From positions 54,562,001 to 54,626,000 of the forward strand of contig NC_086108.1 in NCBI RefSeq assembly GCF_963921235.1: DNA of 64,000 nt, written 5' to 3'. The position numbers and the translations under genes were made by a program. The stretch comes from Mobula hypostoma. Its lineage: Eukaryota. The notes under the pieces were generated by a model. That model did not search any database. It was not told the DNA's origin and worked only from the letters and a program-made list of their open reading frames with translations. Shown in pieces: positions 36,551 through 50,769 of the stretch; the stretch's first letter is position 1; the number at the start of each line of letters is the position of its first letter.

Positions 36551-39500
36551 TGAGATCGTACTGATCTTGCTGCAGAGTATCATTCATTTGTTGTGTGCCA
36601 TGTTGCTGCACAGTATGGCCTCCCAATAATAATGATCCACTTTGAGACACTGGAAAAGCTGGGTCACTTCTCATAAATTGGGAGATTGCTGGCAGGGACG
36701 TGTAAGCAGCCCATAAGAACGGATGGGGAATGTGGACAAAAAGTGAAGGCTCAACTCGTTCTCAGCTAACACAGTCCCCTCAGTACCCTACTTGATGTCC
36801 CACATCCGACGGTTACCTACCTCTACATTGGATGCAGATCAAGCAATGCATGGCTTCAAATCCATGAGGAATTCAGTCTAGAGCACCCGAGCTGTCAGAT
36901 TCAAAGCAGTCTTCTTCTGTCTCAAATAAAGCTACAGCAGTTGTATCATTTGGAAACATGTAGAAGAGCATCAGTAAAGATCTGCTACATAAGTACGGGG
37001 TTGCTTATGTGTGTTTTACAAGTTTAATGTTTGCTTGTACTCTGCTAAGTTTTTGATATATGTAAAGCTATTTCACTTATGTTGAAGGATGAACTGATGT
37101 CAAGCATTTGGATGGGGCGTTAAAACAAGCATATATACAGTAGCTGTTGTGGGGATACTTTTGAGTTGAACTAATAAAACAGTATATACTGATTTCCTGG
37201 ATTGACGGTGCCCAACTCAACTTTGCCATAACGAGAGCTGTAACGTGTATTTTCTCTGCTCGACTGGCTGCCTCTCATTTATCCTTCTTACCTTATGAGG
37301 GTCTGTGGGTTCTGTCCCTTGCAAGCCAGGCAGTCCCAGTACTCTCTACTGTGTGGTGATAGCGAGAGGCTGCAAGATAGCTTTACTACATATACTTTAG
37401 CTCGACAACCAGCTAGTACAGCTGCATCTTGAGAATTCAGAGACGTTGAGGGCATCTTGGCACCCAGCAGCAGTTCACTACAGACCTGCATGCATCATCT
37501 TTTTGTGGTGATACATTTGTTTACCTTTGACGGAGTAGAAGCTTACACAATCAATGAAAACACCTGCATTACATGCACGTACCTATTTTGCCTGAAGAAT
37601 AGCCACGGAGTGGTCATTATAGCAGGGTTCACTTCGTTAACTCGTCTAAAAAGGCAGATTTACGAAACAGGACTTCCCCACACAAAACATGGCAACTATC
37701 CCACGTTTTTCCAATTTCAGCTGCATTTCCCCCAAGCCCAGAATTCTATTAGAAATAAGTGCTGTTCATTCAAAACTCTTGACTTTAAACATTCATTTGC
37801 TAAGATCTTTAAATTAGGCATTCTTTGTTGAAACTTCTTCAGTTCTTCTTCAAGGTACATCATAAAAGTTTACCTGCCATCTGACCTAATTGACTTTATG
37901 CCACTCAGATTAACTGCTTATTTAAAATTATGCCATGTGCCAAAATGCTTCATTATGCTTACTATGCAAATTGATGTTGAATAAAGAAAAGTAGACCATT
38001 CAGATTGACAAATCCTGTTCTGCCATTCAGTTACATCATGAATAATTTATATACGTGTTTCATTTTGCCCCCTCAATTCTTGCCTCATCTTCGTACTACT
38101 AATTTACGTAGGGACAAAGGAGATAATTCTGTTTGCTATCTATATTACTTTTTGTATTTATCTCAACTGTTTTTTTAAAATTGCTAGACACCAGTTTAAA
38201 AACTGGATCACACAGAAATGGTTGATCCGTCAGTGAGTAAAATCACAGCCCACTTTGTTCATCCTTAAAGAAAGACATCTAATCTCGCATCTGCCAATTG
38301 CTGTATCCAATTGTTTTGGAACCATTAAAAAATTTTCATCTCTATTACTGGGAAGTCTGTTCCATATTTTTGCAAAACTTCATATGAATTTCACAGTGAA
38401 CAGTTTCAACAATTGCCTCCTTGCCAGTGTAATTTTGAGTGGGTTTTGGATATGAACTTACTCAATTCTTTTCATCATCCGCCTTACTTGCTTTTGTGGT
38501 TGGCCTAGACACATTGCTCAATGCTTTCTTTGAATGGAGTAGTACGTTGTTTGAATATTTATTTAATTGCATTCTGTTGGTTTTGGCTTGGTAGCTTTGC
38601 ATTCTTCGTTGATTGCTGTTCTGCAAAGCCTAACTATGTTGAGAGTCAAGTCTTCCCAGATGCCTGGACACTTTGGTTTTATTTTATGCAAGATTTAACT
38701 GCTCAATGGTCTTAAAAGCTGAATTTGATATTTGTTCCTCTTCTGACTGATTAACAGCCAATATAATTTAACAACTAATTTAGCTACATTCACTGCCATC
38801 CTGGTGTGCTCTGCACTCTCCCACATAACAAACACAACATGGTGTTAGAAGTGGTTGGCTGTTGATGTATTTGTGCTGCAGACCAAGTGAGATCCCCAAC
38901 GAGAGAGAATTTACAGTAAAACTGTTCTTGTTTGCATATACTTACAAAAGATGTCCGGAGACTTATCAAGCTAAACTGCTGATGCTAGTTTGCTAACTGA
39001 GCTGAGAATTGGCCATGGTTGCTAGGCAATGCCTTCAAGTTGCACCCAAAAGTAGATACACTGTGGTAATCTGTGGGCCCCTAGCCTGGGGAAGTACACA
39101 GACACAGCAGAGAAGTGAGTCAAACTCCCAGGGAGAGAAAAAAGACTTGCGTAGTCCAAATAAATAAATTAATAAAAAAACAAACTGGAAAATGGGGCAA
39201 ATTCTTGCAGTACCTCCTTAACAAATAAAACCCCCTGAGATATCTGATTTCTCTAAACCAGGGGACTTTGAGAGATGGCTCAGACATTTTGAGAGATTTA
39301 GGGTTACAAGCAATCTCACTCAGGCTTCAGAAGAGCATCAAGTAAGCACACTGATATACTGCATGGGTGACAAAGCAGATGAGATCATGGGTGGATTAGG
39401 ACCGACAGATCTTAGAGAAAAGAGAATAAAACAATGCAGAAAGAACAAATTCAAAGAATATTTCACAAGAAAGTGAAATGTAATATATGAGAGGGCAAAG

Positions 39501-41816
39501 TTCAACTCCAAAAAAGAGAAGCTGGATGAAAGGCAACTAACTTAATCACAGAACTGTCAAATCACTGTGCATATGGGAATCTGAGAGATGAGCTCATTAG
39601 AGACAGGATTGTTGTCAGGTTACTAGACACAAAATTGTCAGAGAGACTTCAGTTGCAGGCAAATCTCACACTAGAGAAAGCTGTTACTATAGTCAGACAA
39701 TGTTTGTCAGCAACAGGCAGAACTCAGGCATGAACATGATGGTGAAGTAAAGTTAGAAGCTGCACAAAAAGAAGGGTACAAAGTGCAGTCATAAAGACTT
39801 CAGGAAGAGGTGAGAGTAGAGCTCAGTTCAAATAAAACAGACAAGCGAAACAACCAGCAAGTAAAATGTCCAGCTGCAGGAGATGTGGCAAGTCTTCATT
39901 CCACATCAAAGAGCTCTATCCAGTAAAAGAAGTGAAATACCACCAGTGCAATAGAGTTGGCCATTATAAAAATCAGAGTCACTTGATCTTCAGGACTTCA
40001 AAGACGACCATGTTTCAGACAAAGAGAGAGCTTTCCTTGGGGTTCTAGATTCAAATAGACAAGACTAATGTACAATGTTTCAGTTGCAAGATGAGGCAGT
40101 GGCATTTACAATGGACACTGTAGCAGATGTCACAGCCATTCCCAAATGTCTGTCCACAAAACTACTCAAGGAGCCAGGGAAACAGAAGCTTCCTACTACC
40201 ATTCATGAAAAAAAGGATGTCTATGTTGTTCAGAATCTCTTCCCATCTCTACTGGGACGACACACCATTGAGAAGCTGAACATCATTGCATGGGTGGATT
40301 CACTAAACCATGTTCAGTGGCAGAAGAAGTACTGGGAGTTGTTCACAGGCCTGGGGGTACTAAACGAAGAGTACCTTATTCAACTGAGGTCAGGAGTGAT
40401 GCCCTACTCTCTGACCACAATGAGGCAATGAGGCACCAATCCCATTGATGAACAAAGTCAAAGCTGAACTTGAGAGAATGGAGGCACTTGATGCCATAAC
40501 TAAAGTGAAAGGACCTACTGATGACACAGTGACGATCTGTGTTGATCCAGCAGAATTGAATAATGCAGTGAGGCGGAAGAAGTTTATTCTCCCCTCTGTT
40601 GAGCACACATTGGGTATGTTGGGTGGGGCAAAGTTCCTCATCAAACCAGATGCAAACTCAGGGTTCTGGCAGACTGTTTAGCCTCTGAGTCACAGCGGCT
40701 CACAACCCTTTATTACACCATGTGAATGCTATGCATTCAAGAAACTCCCTTTTGGCATCTTTATCAGCCCCTGAACTCTTTCAGATGAGAATGAACCAAA
40801 TTTTGGAGGGACTGAAAGGAGTAGTCTGCCATATGGATGATCTTCAGAGGCTCAAGTGAGGAACATGACAAAAGTGGAAGCTTCCTTTGATAAACTGTAA
40901 CAGGCTGGAATCACCCTGAACAAAAATAAATGTGAATTTGTAAAGTTGGGGGTGAAAACTTTAAGCCACCAACTGTCCCCAGAGTGAGTGCAACCAGATT
41001 CAGACAAACTGGCAGGAGTTTGGAACGTGGCACAACCTACGAACGTATCTGAGATCCACAGTTTCCTTGGCATGGTAAAGCAACTGGGAAAACTCATTCC
41101 AGACTTGGCAGAGAAAACAAAGCCATTATGTGACCTCTTTCCTTGGAGAACCATTTGGACCCGGGATGCACTTCAGGAGAAGTCACTTTCTGCCAACATT
41201 GGCATTCTTTGATCCAAACAAAGCAACCAAGGTCTCAGCAGATGCTTTCTTCTTTGGCCTAGGGGGAGTGCACATGCAAGACTGCAGTGGTGTATCGAAA
41301 CTGGTGGCATATGCATCAAGAGCACTGACTACTACTCCATTACACCAAATCAAAAAGGAGATGCTGGCTTTCATGTGGGCTTGTGAATGCTTCAGGCACT
41401 AAATTCCTACTTGAAACAGACCTCAAGCCACTTGTCAGCCTCCTCAGCTCGAAAGCTCGGATGACTTGCCTCCACGTCTGTGAAGGTTCAGAATGAGGCT
41501 GATATACTTTTATGACATTGAACATATCCCTGGCAAATCTTTCACAACACCAGCCACTCTGTTGAGGATGGCACGCAAAAGTGAGTGGACAGAAGCTGAC
41601 TCTGCCCTCATGGAAGATCCCAACATCTACTTAGCTCAGGTGCGTGAAAGTTTTCCTGCAATATTAGAGAATGTTCACACTGAGTTGAAAAAGGACCAGA
41701 TCTGCAGCAAGGTCATGCAATACTCTGAGCATGGATGTCCAGCTGTTCCAGAAGGAGCTCATGAACCCAGATTTACTGGCTTGAAAGAGACATACTCATC
41801 ATTCTTGATGGTTTGC

Positions 41817-44800
41817 ACCCACAATATCCCGATAAGGGAGGGTGAGCAGCCAGAAGTCGTGGTACATATTGGTACCAATGACATAGGTAGGAAAAGAGAG
41901 GAGATCCTGAAAACAGAATACAGGAAGTTATGAAGGAAGCTAAGAAGCAGGACATTGAGGGTAGTAATCTCAGGATTGCTGGCCATGCCATGTGACAGTG
42001 AGGAGAGGAATAGAATGACGTGGCAGATAAATACATGGCTGAAGAATTGGAGCAGGGGGGCAGGGATTCAGATTTCTGGATAATTGGGACCTCTTCTGGG
42101 GCAGGTGTGTCCTGTACAAAAGGGACAGGTTGCACCTGAATCCGAAGGGGACCAATATTCTTGCAGGCAGATTTACTGGAGCTGTTGGGAGTGGTTTAAA
42201 ATAATATGGCAGGGGAATGGAAACCAGTATGATAGAGCTGAGGATGAGCCAGCAGGTTTACAAGTAGATGATGGGTATAACATGAATGTAAGGAAGGGTA
42301 AGACAATGATTGGGTACAAATGCAGACAGAACAAAGAAATTGTACCACAGAGGCAAAATTCAAAAGGGTGAAGAATGCAGTACTGAAGGAGCTTATTTAA
42401 ATGTGTTTAGCATTCTGAATAAGGTGGATGAACTCATGACGCAATCACAGATTGGTCGGTATGACGTTGTGGGCATCACTGAGTCGTGGCTGAAAGAAGA
42501 CCAGAGTTGGGTGCTGAACATCAAAGGATATACTTTGTATTGAAAGGACAGGCAGGAAGGCATTGGTGGTGGTGTGGCTCTGTTGTAAGGGATGGAATTA
42601 CATCTTTAGAAAGAGTTGACAGAGGGTTAGAGAATGTTGAATCTTTGTGGGTGGAGTTAAGAAACTGCAAGGGTAAAGAAACCATTATGGGAATCATATA
42701 TAGACCTCCAAATAGTAGCCAAGATGTGGGGTCAAGATTGCAAAGTGACCTGGGAAAGGCACGTAATAAGGGTAACGTCACAGTTGTAATGGGGGACATC
42801 AATATGTAAGGGGATTTAGAAAATCAAGTTGGTGCCAAATCACAAGAAAGGAAATTTGTTGAATACTCCTAAGATGGCTTTTTAGAGCTGATTGTGCTAG
42901 TGCCTTATTTGGGAAAGGCTATCTTAGATTGGGTGTTGTGTAATAATCCAGATCTTATTAGAAAGCTTAACGTAAAGGAACCCGCAGGAGGCAGTGATCA
43001 TAATATGATTGGATTCATCCTGCAGTTTGTGAGGGAGAAACATAAGTCACAGGTATCAGTATTGCAATGGGATAAAAGGAATTACAGAGGAATGAGAGAG
43101 GAGCTTGCCCAGGTGGATTGGTGGGGGGGGGGGGGGTGGTGTGAATACTGCTGGGCAGAGCAGAGATGGCTGAAGTTTCTGGGAATAGTTCACAAGGCAC
43201 AGGATAGATAGGTCCCACAGAGGAAGTTGTTTTCAAATGGCAGGATAGGCAATTTGAAGCTGATTGCATAAAAGCCAAGGAAAGGGCATATAAGGTAATA
43301 AAAGTGAGTGGGAAGTTAGATGATCCAACAAAAGGCAACTAAAAAGCAAAAAGAAGGGGAAAAGATTAAATATGAAGGCAAACTAGCCAATAATATAAAG
43401 CAGGATACTAAAAGTTTTTTCAGTTATATAAAGAGTAAAAGGGAGGTAAGAGTTGACATTGGACCACTGGAAAATTATACAGGTAAGGTAGTAATGAGGG
43501 ACAAAGAGTCTTCATCGTGGAAGACACTAGCAGTGTGCCAGAGGTCCGTGAGTGTCAGGGAGCAGGAGTGAGTGTCATTGCTATTACAAAGGAAAAAGTG
43601 CTAGGCAAACTCAAAGGTCTGAAAGTGGATGAGTTCTCTGGACCAGATGGACAACATCCCAGAGTCCTGAGAGAAGCTGCTGAAGGGATAACGGATGTAT
43701 TGGTCATGATCTTTCAAGAATTACTTGATTCTGGCATGGTCCTGGAGGACTGGAAGATTGCAAATGTCACTTCCCTCTTTAAGAAGGATGAACACAAAAG
43801 AAAGGACATTATTGGCCAGTTAGCCTAACCTCAGTGGTTGGGAACATGTTGGAGTCTATTATTAAGGTTGTGGTTTCAGGGTACTTGGAGACTAATGATA
43901 AAATGTTAAAGCCAGTATGGTTTCTGTAAAAGGGAATCTTGCCTGACGAATCTGTTAGTTCTTTGAGGAAGTAACAAGCAGGGTGGATAAAGGAGAGCCA
44001 GTGGATGTCATTTACTTGGATTGTCAAAAGGCATTTGATTAAGTGCCACACATGAAGCTGCTTAACAAAATAAATCCTACAGGAAAGTTGTTACAGGAAA
44101 GATACCGGCATGGATACAGGAATGGCTAACAGGCAGGAGGTAGCAAGTGGGAATAAAGGGGGCCTTTTCTGGTTGGCTGCCAGTGACTAGTGGTGTTCCT
44201 CAGGGGTCTGTATTGGGACTGCTACTTTTCACATTGTTTGTCAATGATTTAGATAATGGAATTGATGTCTTTGTGGCAAAGTTTGAGGATGATATGAAGA
44301 TAAATGGAGGAGTAGATCGTGCTGAGAAAGCAATGAGATTGCAGCAGGACTTAGACAAATTGGAAGAATGGGCAAAAAAAGTGGCAGATGGAATACAGTG
44401 TTGGGAAATATATGATAAGATATTTTGGTAAAAGGAACAATAGTGCAGACTATTATCTAAATGGGGAGAAAATTCAAACATCAGAGGTGCAGAGGGACTA
44501 ATGAGTCCTCATGCAAGACTCTCAGAAGATTGATTTACAGGTTGAGTCTGTGGTAAAGAAGGCAAATGCAATGTTGGCATTTATTTCAAGGGGAATAGAA
44601 TATAAAAGCAAGGAGATAATGCTAAGGTTTTATAAGACACTAGTCAGGCCACACTTGGGGTAGTATCAACAGTTTTGGGCCTGATATCTCAGAAAAGATG
44701 TGTTGTCATTGGAAAGAGTCCAGAGGAGATTCATGAGGATTATTCCGCGAATAAAGGGGTTGTTCATATGAGGAGTGTTTGGCAGCTTTGGGCCTGTACT

Positions 44801-45194
44801 CACTGGAATTTAGAAGAAAGCGGGGGGATCTCATTGGAACTACTAAATGTTGAAAGGACTAGATAAGGTGGATGTGGAGAGGATGTTTCCTATGGTGGGG
44901 GTATCCAGAACTAAGGGATGACCTTTTAGAACAGAGGTAAGGAGGAATTGTTTTTCCAGAGAATAGTCAATCTGTGGAATGGTCTGCCATAGACTGTGGA
45001 AGAGGCCAAGTCCGTGGGTATATTTAAAATGAAAGTTGATAGTTTCCTGATCAGTCAGGGCATCAAAGGATATGGCGAGAAGGCAGGTGTATGAGGTTGA
45101 GTGGGATCTGGGATCAGCCATGATGGAATGGTGGAGCAGACTCTATGGGCTGAATGGCCTAATTCTGCTCCTATGTCTTTTGGTCTTATGGTCT
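41817..45194 (+). mobile_element. Long CR1 LINE (ORF1 SGNH-esterase part plus decayed ORF2 with APE endonuclease and RT) inserted in gypsy pol
   Basis: EQPEVVVHIGTNDIG (ORF1); DVVGITESWL, IYRPPN, GSDHNMI (APE); GVPQGSVLG; (TCTTATGG)n tail. Gypsy frame ILDGL|LKGSRLVIP rejoins across it. Confidence 0.92.
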
Positions 45195-46267
45195 AAAGGG
45201 CTCCAGACTCGTCATTCCTGCTTCTATGCATGCCAAAATCTTCAGTCAAATTCTCTGAGGACATCAAGGCATCGAAACATGTTGCCTAAGGGCAAAGCAG
45301 TACATGTATTGGCCTGGTCTGCATTCACCACTGGGAGATTATGTAAAACAATGTGAAGCATGCAGACAACTGCACAAAAATCATGCTGAGCCTCTCTGTC
45401 CCACAGAATTCCCAGATTTTCCATGGCAAATTGCAAACACAGACACTTTTGTGCTGAAAAGAGACAAATATCTTCTCACTGTGGATTACTATTCATGGAA
45501 TGTTGAGGTGTCCAAGCTGTCCTCTATATCCTCAGCAAGAGTTATAAAGCACCTGAAAACTGTATTTGCTCATCATGGAATACCAAGGATACTTCTGTCG
45601 GACAATGGTCCACGATTCAACTGCTCAGAATTTAAAGCCTTTGCTAGGGTCTTTGTGCTCAAACATCTGACAAGCAGTCCACAGTAGCCATAGAGAAATG
45701 GAGAAGTGGGAAGAGCGGTGCAAACTGTTCAGAGTCTCCTATTGAATGCAAAGGACCCCAACAAAGCACTGTAGCTTATCGCTCCACACTTTTTGCGGAT
45801 GGCTGCAGTCCATCAGAGCCGTCAAAGGATCGAAGACTGAGAACAAGCCTACCCATTCTTCCTTCCCCTCTCCAACCTTACTTACTGGACAGACAAAGTG
45901 AGAAATTTTGAGACAACACAGCATGAGACAATGAAGAGCATGTTTGATCTCAGACACGGAGCAAATTCTTTGTCACTGCTCAGGAGTGATGAAGCTCCTT
46001 CTGTGTTTCAGACCAATTCACCAAAAGAACAATATTCTGGCAGCATGCACCATGATCATTTGTGATCGGAACATCACAACGTGAAATCAGGCAGAACAGG
46101 CGTGTAATCCTATGCCATCCACAAAAGCCAGAGGAAGATTTAGAGTGGCCAGATGCTTATGACAAGACCACTTACCTGAGGTGGTTGCACCTGGTCAAGA
46201 ATCTCCGTCTGTTCCACTGCTTTCAGGAACCTACACCAGATGTGGTTGCTCATCTGTGCCACCAGAG

Positions 46268-47043
46268 TTCAGAGTTCAAAAAATTTTATTATCAACGTAC
46301 ATGTATGTCAACACATTCAATGCTGAGATTCATTTTCTTGTGGATATATTTAGCAAATCTGTAGAATAGTAACTATAAAAGGATCAGTGAAAGATCAACT
46401 AGAGTGCAGAAGACAACAAACTGTGCAAATGCAAATATAAATAAATAACAATAAATAATGAGAACATGAATTAATAAGACAAAGAGTCCTTAAAGTGAGA
46501 TCATTGGTTGTAGGGACACTTCAACGGATGGACAAGTGAAAACAGTTATCTCCTTTTGTTTGGGAGCCTGGTGGTTGAGGGGTAGTAACTGTTCTTAAAC
46601 CTGGTGGTGTGAGTCCTGAGGCTCTTGTACCTTCTACGTGGTAGCAGCAACAAGAAAAGGCATGTCCTGGGTGGTGGGGATCTCTGATGATGGATTCTGC
46701 TTTCCTATGACAGTGTTTCATGTAGATGTGGTCAATGGTTGGGAAGGCTTTACCTCTGATTTACTGGGCTGAATCTACTTACCTGTTGTAGGATTTTCCA
46801 TTCAAAGGCATTGGTGTATTAATACCAGGCTGTGATGCAGCCAGGCAAGACACTCTCTACTATATATCTATAGAAGTTTGTCAAAGTCTTAGATATCATG
46901 CCGAATCTCCACAGACTCCTTTCCTCACAATTGTACTTATGTGTTGGGCCCAGGACAGGTCCTCTGAAATAGTTAACAGCAAGGAACTTAAAGTTGTTAA
47001 CCGTCTCCACCTCTGATCCTCTGAGGAGGACTGGAGATATACT
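46268..47043 (-). mobile_element. Rex1/Babar-like LINE 3' fragment
   Basis: NFKFL, LTNFYRYIVESVLPGCITAWY, SIIRDPHHPGHA; AATAAA and (GAACTCT) tail; possible CCAGAG TSD. Confidence 0.75.
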
Positions 47044-47581
47044 CCAGAGCCTAATGCTTAGGGCAAGTGACTAAAGAGGCAGAATACTCCTCTCACTTTG
47101 CCAGTGTGCTCCGTTATTCGATCCTGACCTCCATTAGATTTAGTGTTTTCTTAAAAAGCGTTCTAATATTGAAAATATTTCACAAAATAAAACTGTTCTT
47201 AAAAAAAGAATTGGTGAAAAACGAGGAAAGTAAGGAGAGTGAGAGGCAATTAAAAACAAAGAGAAAGCCAGTTAAAATTCTATTTTATTTATGTTAGGAG
47301 CATAAGTTATGTGCTATGGGTAAAGTCAACTGAATTGCTCAATTTCAGTGACTATAATTTCAATGCGCTTCTACAGACAAGAAGTACATATCTAGTTTTT
47401 CTCAAGAAGGGGAGATGTTATGGTAGTTAATGGGTTAATCCTGTCCTGCTCAGTTAGCCACCCCCTCAAAGGAGGAGTTCACATATTGTACAAACAGTGC
47501 TATCAATAAAGTTCAGTTGAATAGCCTGCATGCTACAGTGCTGGTGTGTGATCTGCACTCTCCCTCATAACGAACACAACA

Positions 47582-50500
47582 CCTAGTCCTATTTGACCTG
47601 CACCCAGACCATAGCCCTCCATACCCCTTCCATTCATCTACCTATCCAAATTTCTCTTAAATGTTGAAATTGAACTCACATCCAACACTTCAGCTGGCAA
47701 CACTCTGACCACCTTCTGGGTGAAAAAAAAATCCCCTCATGTTCCGCTTAAACATTTCACCTTTCACCATTAACCCACGACTTCTGGTTCTAGCATCTAC
47801 CAACTTCAGTAAAAAAAATTTGTTTGTATTTATCCTATCTATACCCCTCATAATTTTGTATGCCTCTATCAAATCTCCCCTCATCTCTTCTATCTTCTAG
47901 AGAAGAACATCCTAACCGATTCAACCTTTCCCTACAACTCAGGTCCTCAAGTCTCAGCAACATCCTTGTAAATTTTCTCTGCACTCTTTCAATTTTATTT
48001 ACATCTTTCCTGACCAAATCTGGACACAATACACCAAATTTGGCCTCACCAATGTCTTATACAACTTCAACCTAACATCCCAACTCCTGTACTCACTACA
48101 TTGGTTGGCCTGTATTGTGCTGTAGGTTTTCTATGTTTACATTGGTTTATGAAGGCCAAAGTGCAAAATGCTTTCTTTATGACCCTATCTTCCTATGATG
48201 GAACTTTCGAGTAGGTATGGATCTGTATCCCCGATCCCTCTGTTTTACCACACTCCTCAGTGCTCTACTGCTCACCATGTAAGATCTACCCTGGTTGGTC
48301 TTCTCAAAGTGCAATAGCTCACACTTGTCTTCATTAAATTCCATCTGCCATTTTTCAGCCCATTTCACTAGCCTGTCCATATCCCACTGCAAGCTCTGAT
48401 AGTCTTCCTTGCAGTCCACTACATCCCCGATCTTTATGTCATCGCAAATTTACTAATCCTGTTTAATACATTATCATCCAGCTCATCGACGTAGATGACA
48501 AACAACTTTGGACCTAGCACTGATCCCTGTGGCGCACAACTATTGACAGGTCTTCTGAGAAGCAGCAATCTACTAACACTCTTTGGCTTCTTCTGCGAAG
48601 ATAATGTCTAATCCAATTACTATCTCATTTTGAATGCCAAGTAACTGAACTTTCTTGACCAATCTCCCCTGTAGGACCTTCTTAAAGACCGTGCTAATGT
48701 CCATGTAGACAGCATTTACTGCCTGGTCTTTATCAACTTTCCAGGTAAATTTCTCAAAAAACTTTACAAGATTGGTTCGACATGACTTACCATGCACAAA
48801 GCCATGTTGATTACCCCTAATCAGACAATCCAATCTGTCTATCCAAATATTTACATATCTGATCCCTAAGAAGACTTTCCAACTATTTTCCTACTACTAA
48901 TGTCAGGCTCACCAGACTATAATTTCCTGACTTACTGTTAGACCCTTCCTTAAATAATAGAACAACATTAACTTTCCTCCTATCCTTCGGTATCTTACAT
49001 GTGGCTAAGGATGTTTTAAATATCGCTGCAATTTCTGCACTTGCCTCCCACTAGGTCTGAAGGAACACCTTGTCAGTCCTTGGGAATTTATTCATCCTAA
49101 TTTGTTGCAAGGCAGCAAACACCTCCTCCCCTGTAAACTGTTTACGGTTTAAGTCCTCACTGTCTCCTGAGTAAATACAGATGCAAAAAATCTATTTCAG
49201 ACCTCCTCCACCTCTTTCAGCTCCATGCATAGATTGCCATAGATCTTCCAAAAGACAAATTTTGTCCCTTGCAGTCCTTTTGCTCTTAATATATCTGTCA
49301 AAGCCCTTAGGAATTTCCCTCACCTTGTCTGCTAGAGCAAACTCATGTCTTCTTTTAGCCTTCCTGATTTCCTTCTTAAGGATCCTCTTGCATTTCTTAT
49401 ACACCTCAAGTACCTCAATTGTTCCTGACTGTTATGCACATCCTTCTTTTTCTTAACCAGGGCCAGAATATCACTTGAAAACCAAGCTTCCCTAAACCTG
49501 TTACCCTTGCATTTTATTTTGACATGAACATATAAGCTCTGTACTCCTAAAATTTCACTTTTGAAGGCCTCCCACTTACCGAGTACACCTTTACGAGAAA
49601 ACCACCTGTTTCAATCCATTCTGGCCAGATCCTTTCTGATATCATCAAAACTAGCCTTTTTCTGATTAAGAATCTTAACCAAAGGACCAGGCCTATCTTT
49701 TTTCCATAATTTCCTTGAAACTAATGGCATTATTTTCACTAGATGCAAAGTGTTCCCCTACACTATCTCCTGTCACCTGTCTTGTTTCACTCCCAATAGA
49801 AGATCTAGTATTGCACCTTCTCTGGTTGGGACTTCTAGATACTTATAAGGAAACTTTCTCATCCAGCCATTTTACAGTATGGGAGTTCAAGTTAATATGT
49901 GGAAAGTTACAATCACCTACTATCACAACCTTATGTTTCTTACAACAGACTGTGATATCCCTACAAATTTACTCCTCCAAATACTACAGACTGTTGGGCA
50001 GTCTATAATATAATCCCATTAATGTGGTCATACTTTTCTTATTCCTCAATTCTATCCATAAAGCCTCAGTAGATAAGCTCTCCGGTCTGTCATGCCCTAA
50101 ACTCATCTGCAATACTCCTTGCACTGAAATATCTGCAGCTCAGAACATTAGCCCCACTTTGCTCAACCTTTTGACTGCTGACTTTGTAAGTAGGCTTAAC
50201 AACATCTTTCTCCACCACCACTCCACTATCTGTTCTGGCACTCTGGTTCCCATCCCCTGCAGAATCCCCCACCACCATACAGCACATGCAATCCTTCCTG
50301 CTGGGATATTAGTCCCCCTTCTGTACGGGTCCCACCTTCCCTGGAAGAGAGTCCAATGATCCAGAAATCTGAAACATTCTCCCTTGCACCATCTCATTAA
50401 CCTCATGTTAATTTGTATGATCTTCCTATTTCTGACCTCATTAGAATGTGGCATGGGTAGCAATCATGAGATTATAATTCTGGAGATCTTGTCCTTTAAC

Positions 50501-50700
50501 TTAGCACCTAACTCCCGAACTCACTTTACAGGGCTTGTCACCCCTCTTACCCATGTCATTGGTACGGATGTGGACCATGACCTCTGGCTGCTCATCCTTC
50601 CACTTAAGAATGCTAAGATGTCCTTGACCCTGGTAGCTGGGAAATGACATACCATCTGGGAATTAAGCTCTCATCCACAGAACCCCCTGTCTGTTCCCCT
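47582..50700 (-). mobile_element. Old, long CR1 LINE (ORF1 remnant to near the 3' end)
   Basis: FRFLDHWTLFQGRWDPY (ORF1), NQHGFVHGKSCRTNL, AEKWQMEFNEDKCE and MRGDLIEAYKIMRG in order. Confidence 0.88.
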
Positions 50701-50769
50701 ATCACTACAGATTGCAGGTCACTCTGCCTTCTCACATCCTGCAAGAGGAGATTCTGGAAAGGTGCAAAA

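Larger units (their letters stand above)
38801..47581 (+). mobile_element. Decayed Ty3/gypsy LTR retrotransposon (gag-PR-RT-RH-IN) with CR1 and Rex-like insertions
   Basis: 5' LTR remnant 38801-38839; PBS TGGTGTTAGAAGTGG (tRNA-Leu-like) at 38840; gag 39220-39980; MDTVADVT protease; DANSGFWQ and CHMDD RT; VSADA..GLGGV RNase H; integrase YWPG..CEAC..VDYYS..SDNGPRF at 45304-45687; PPT AAGAAGGGGAGA; 3' LTR TGTT...AACA 47416-47581. Confidence 0.92.

Noticed and set aside
37292..37485. Possible minus-strand exon (VCSELLLGAKMP...QNPQTLI) with an AG|GTAAG donor
   Set aside because: The acceptor has no polypyrimidine tract and the peptide is unrecognised; not enough support.
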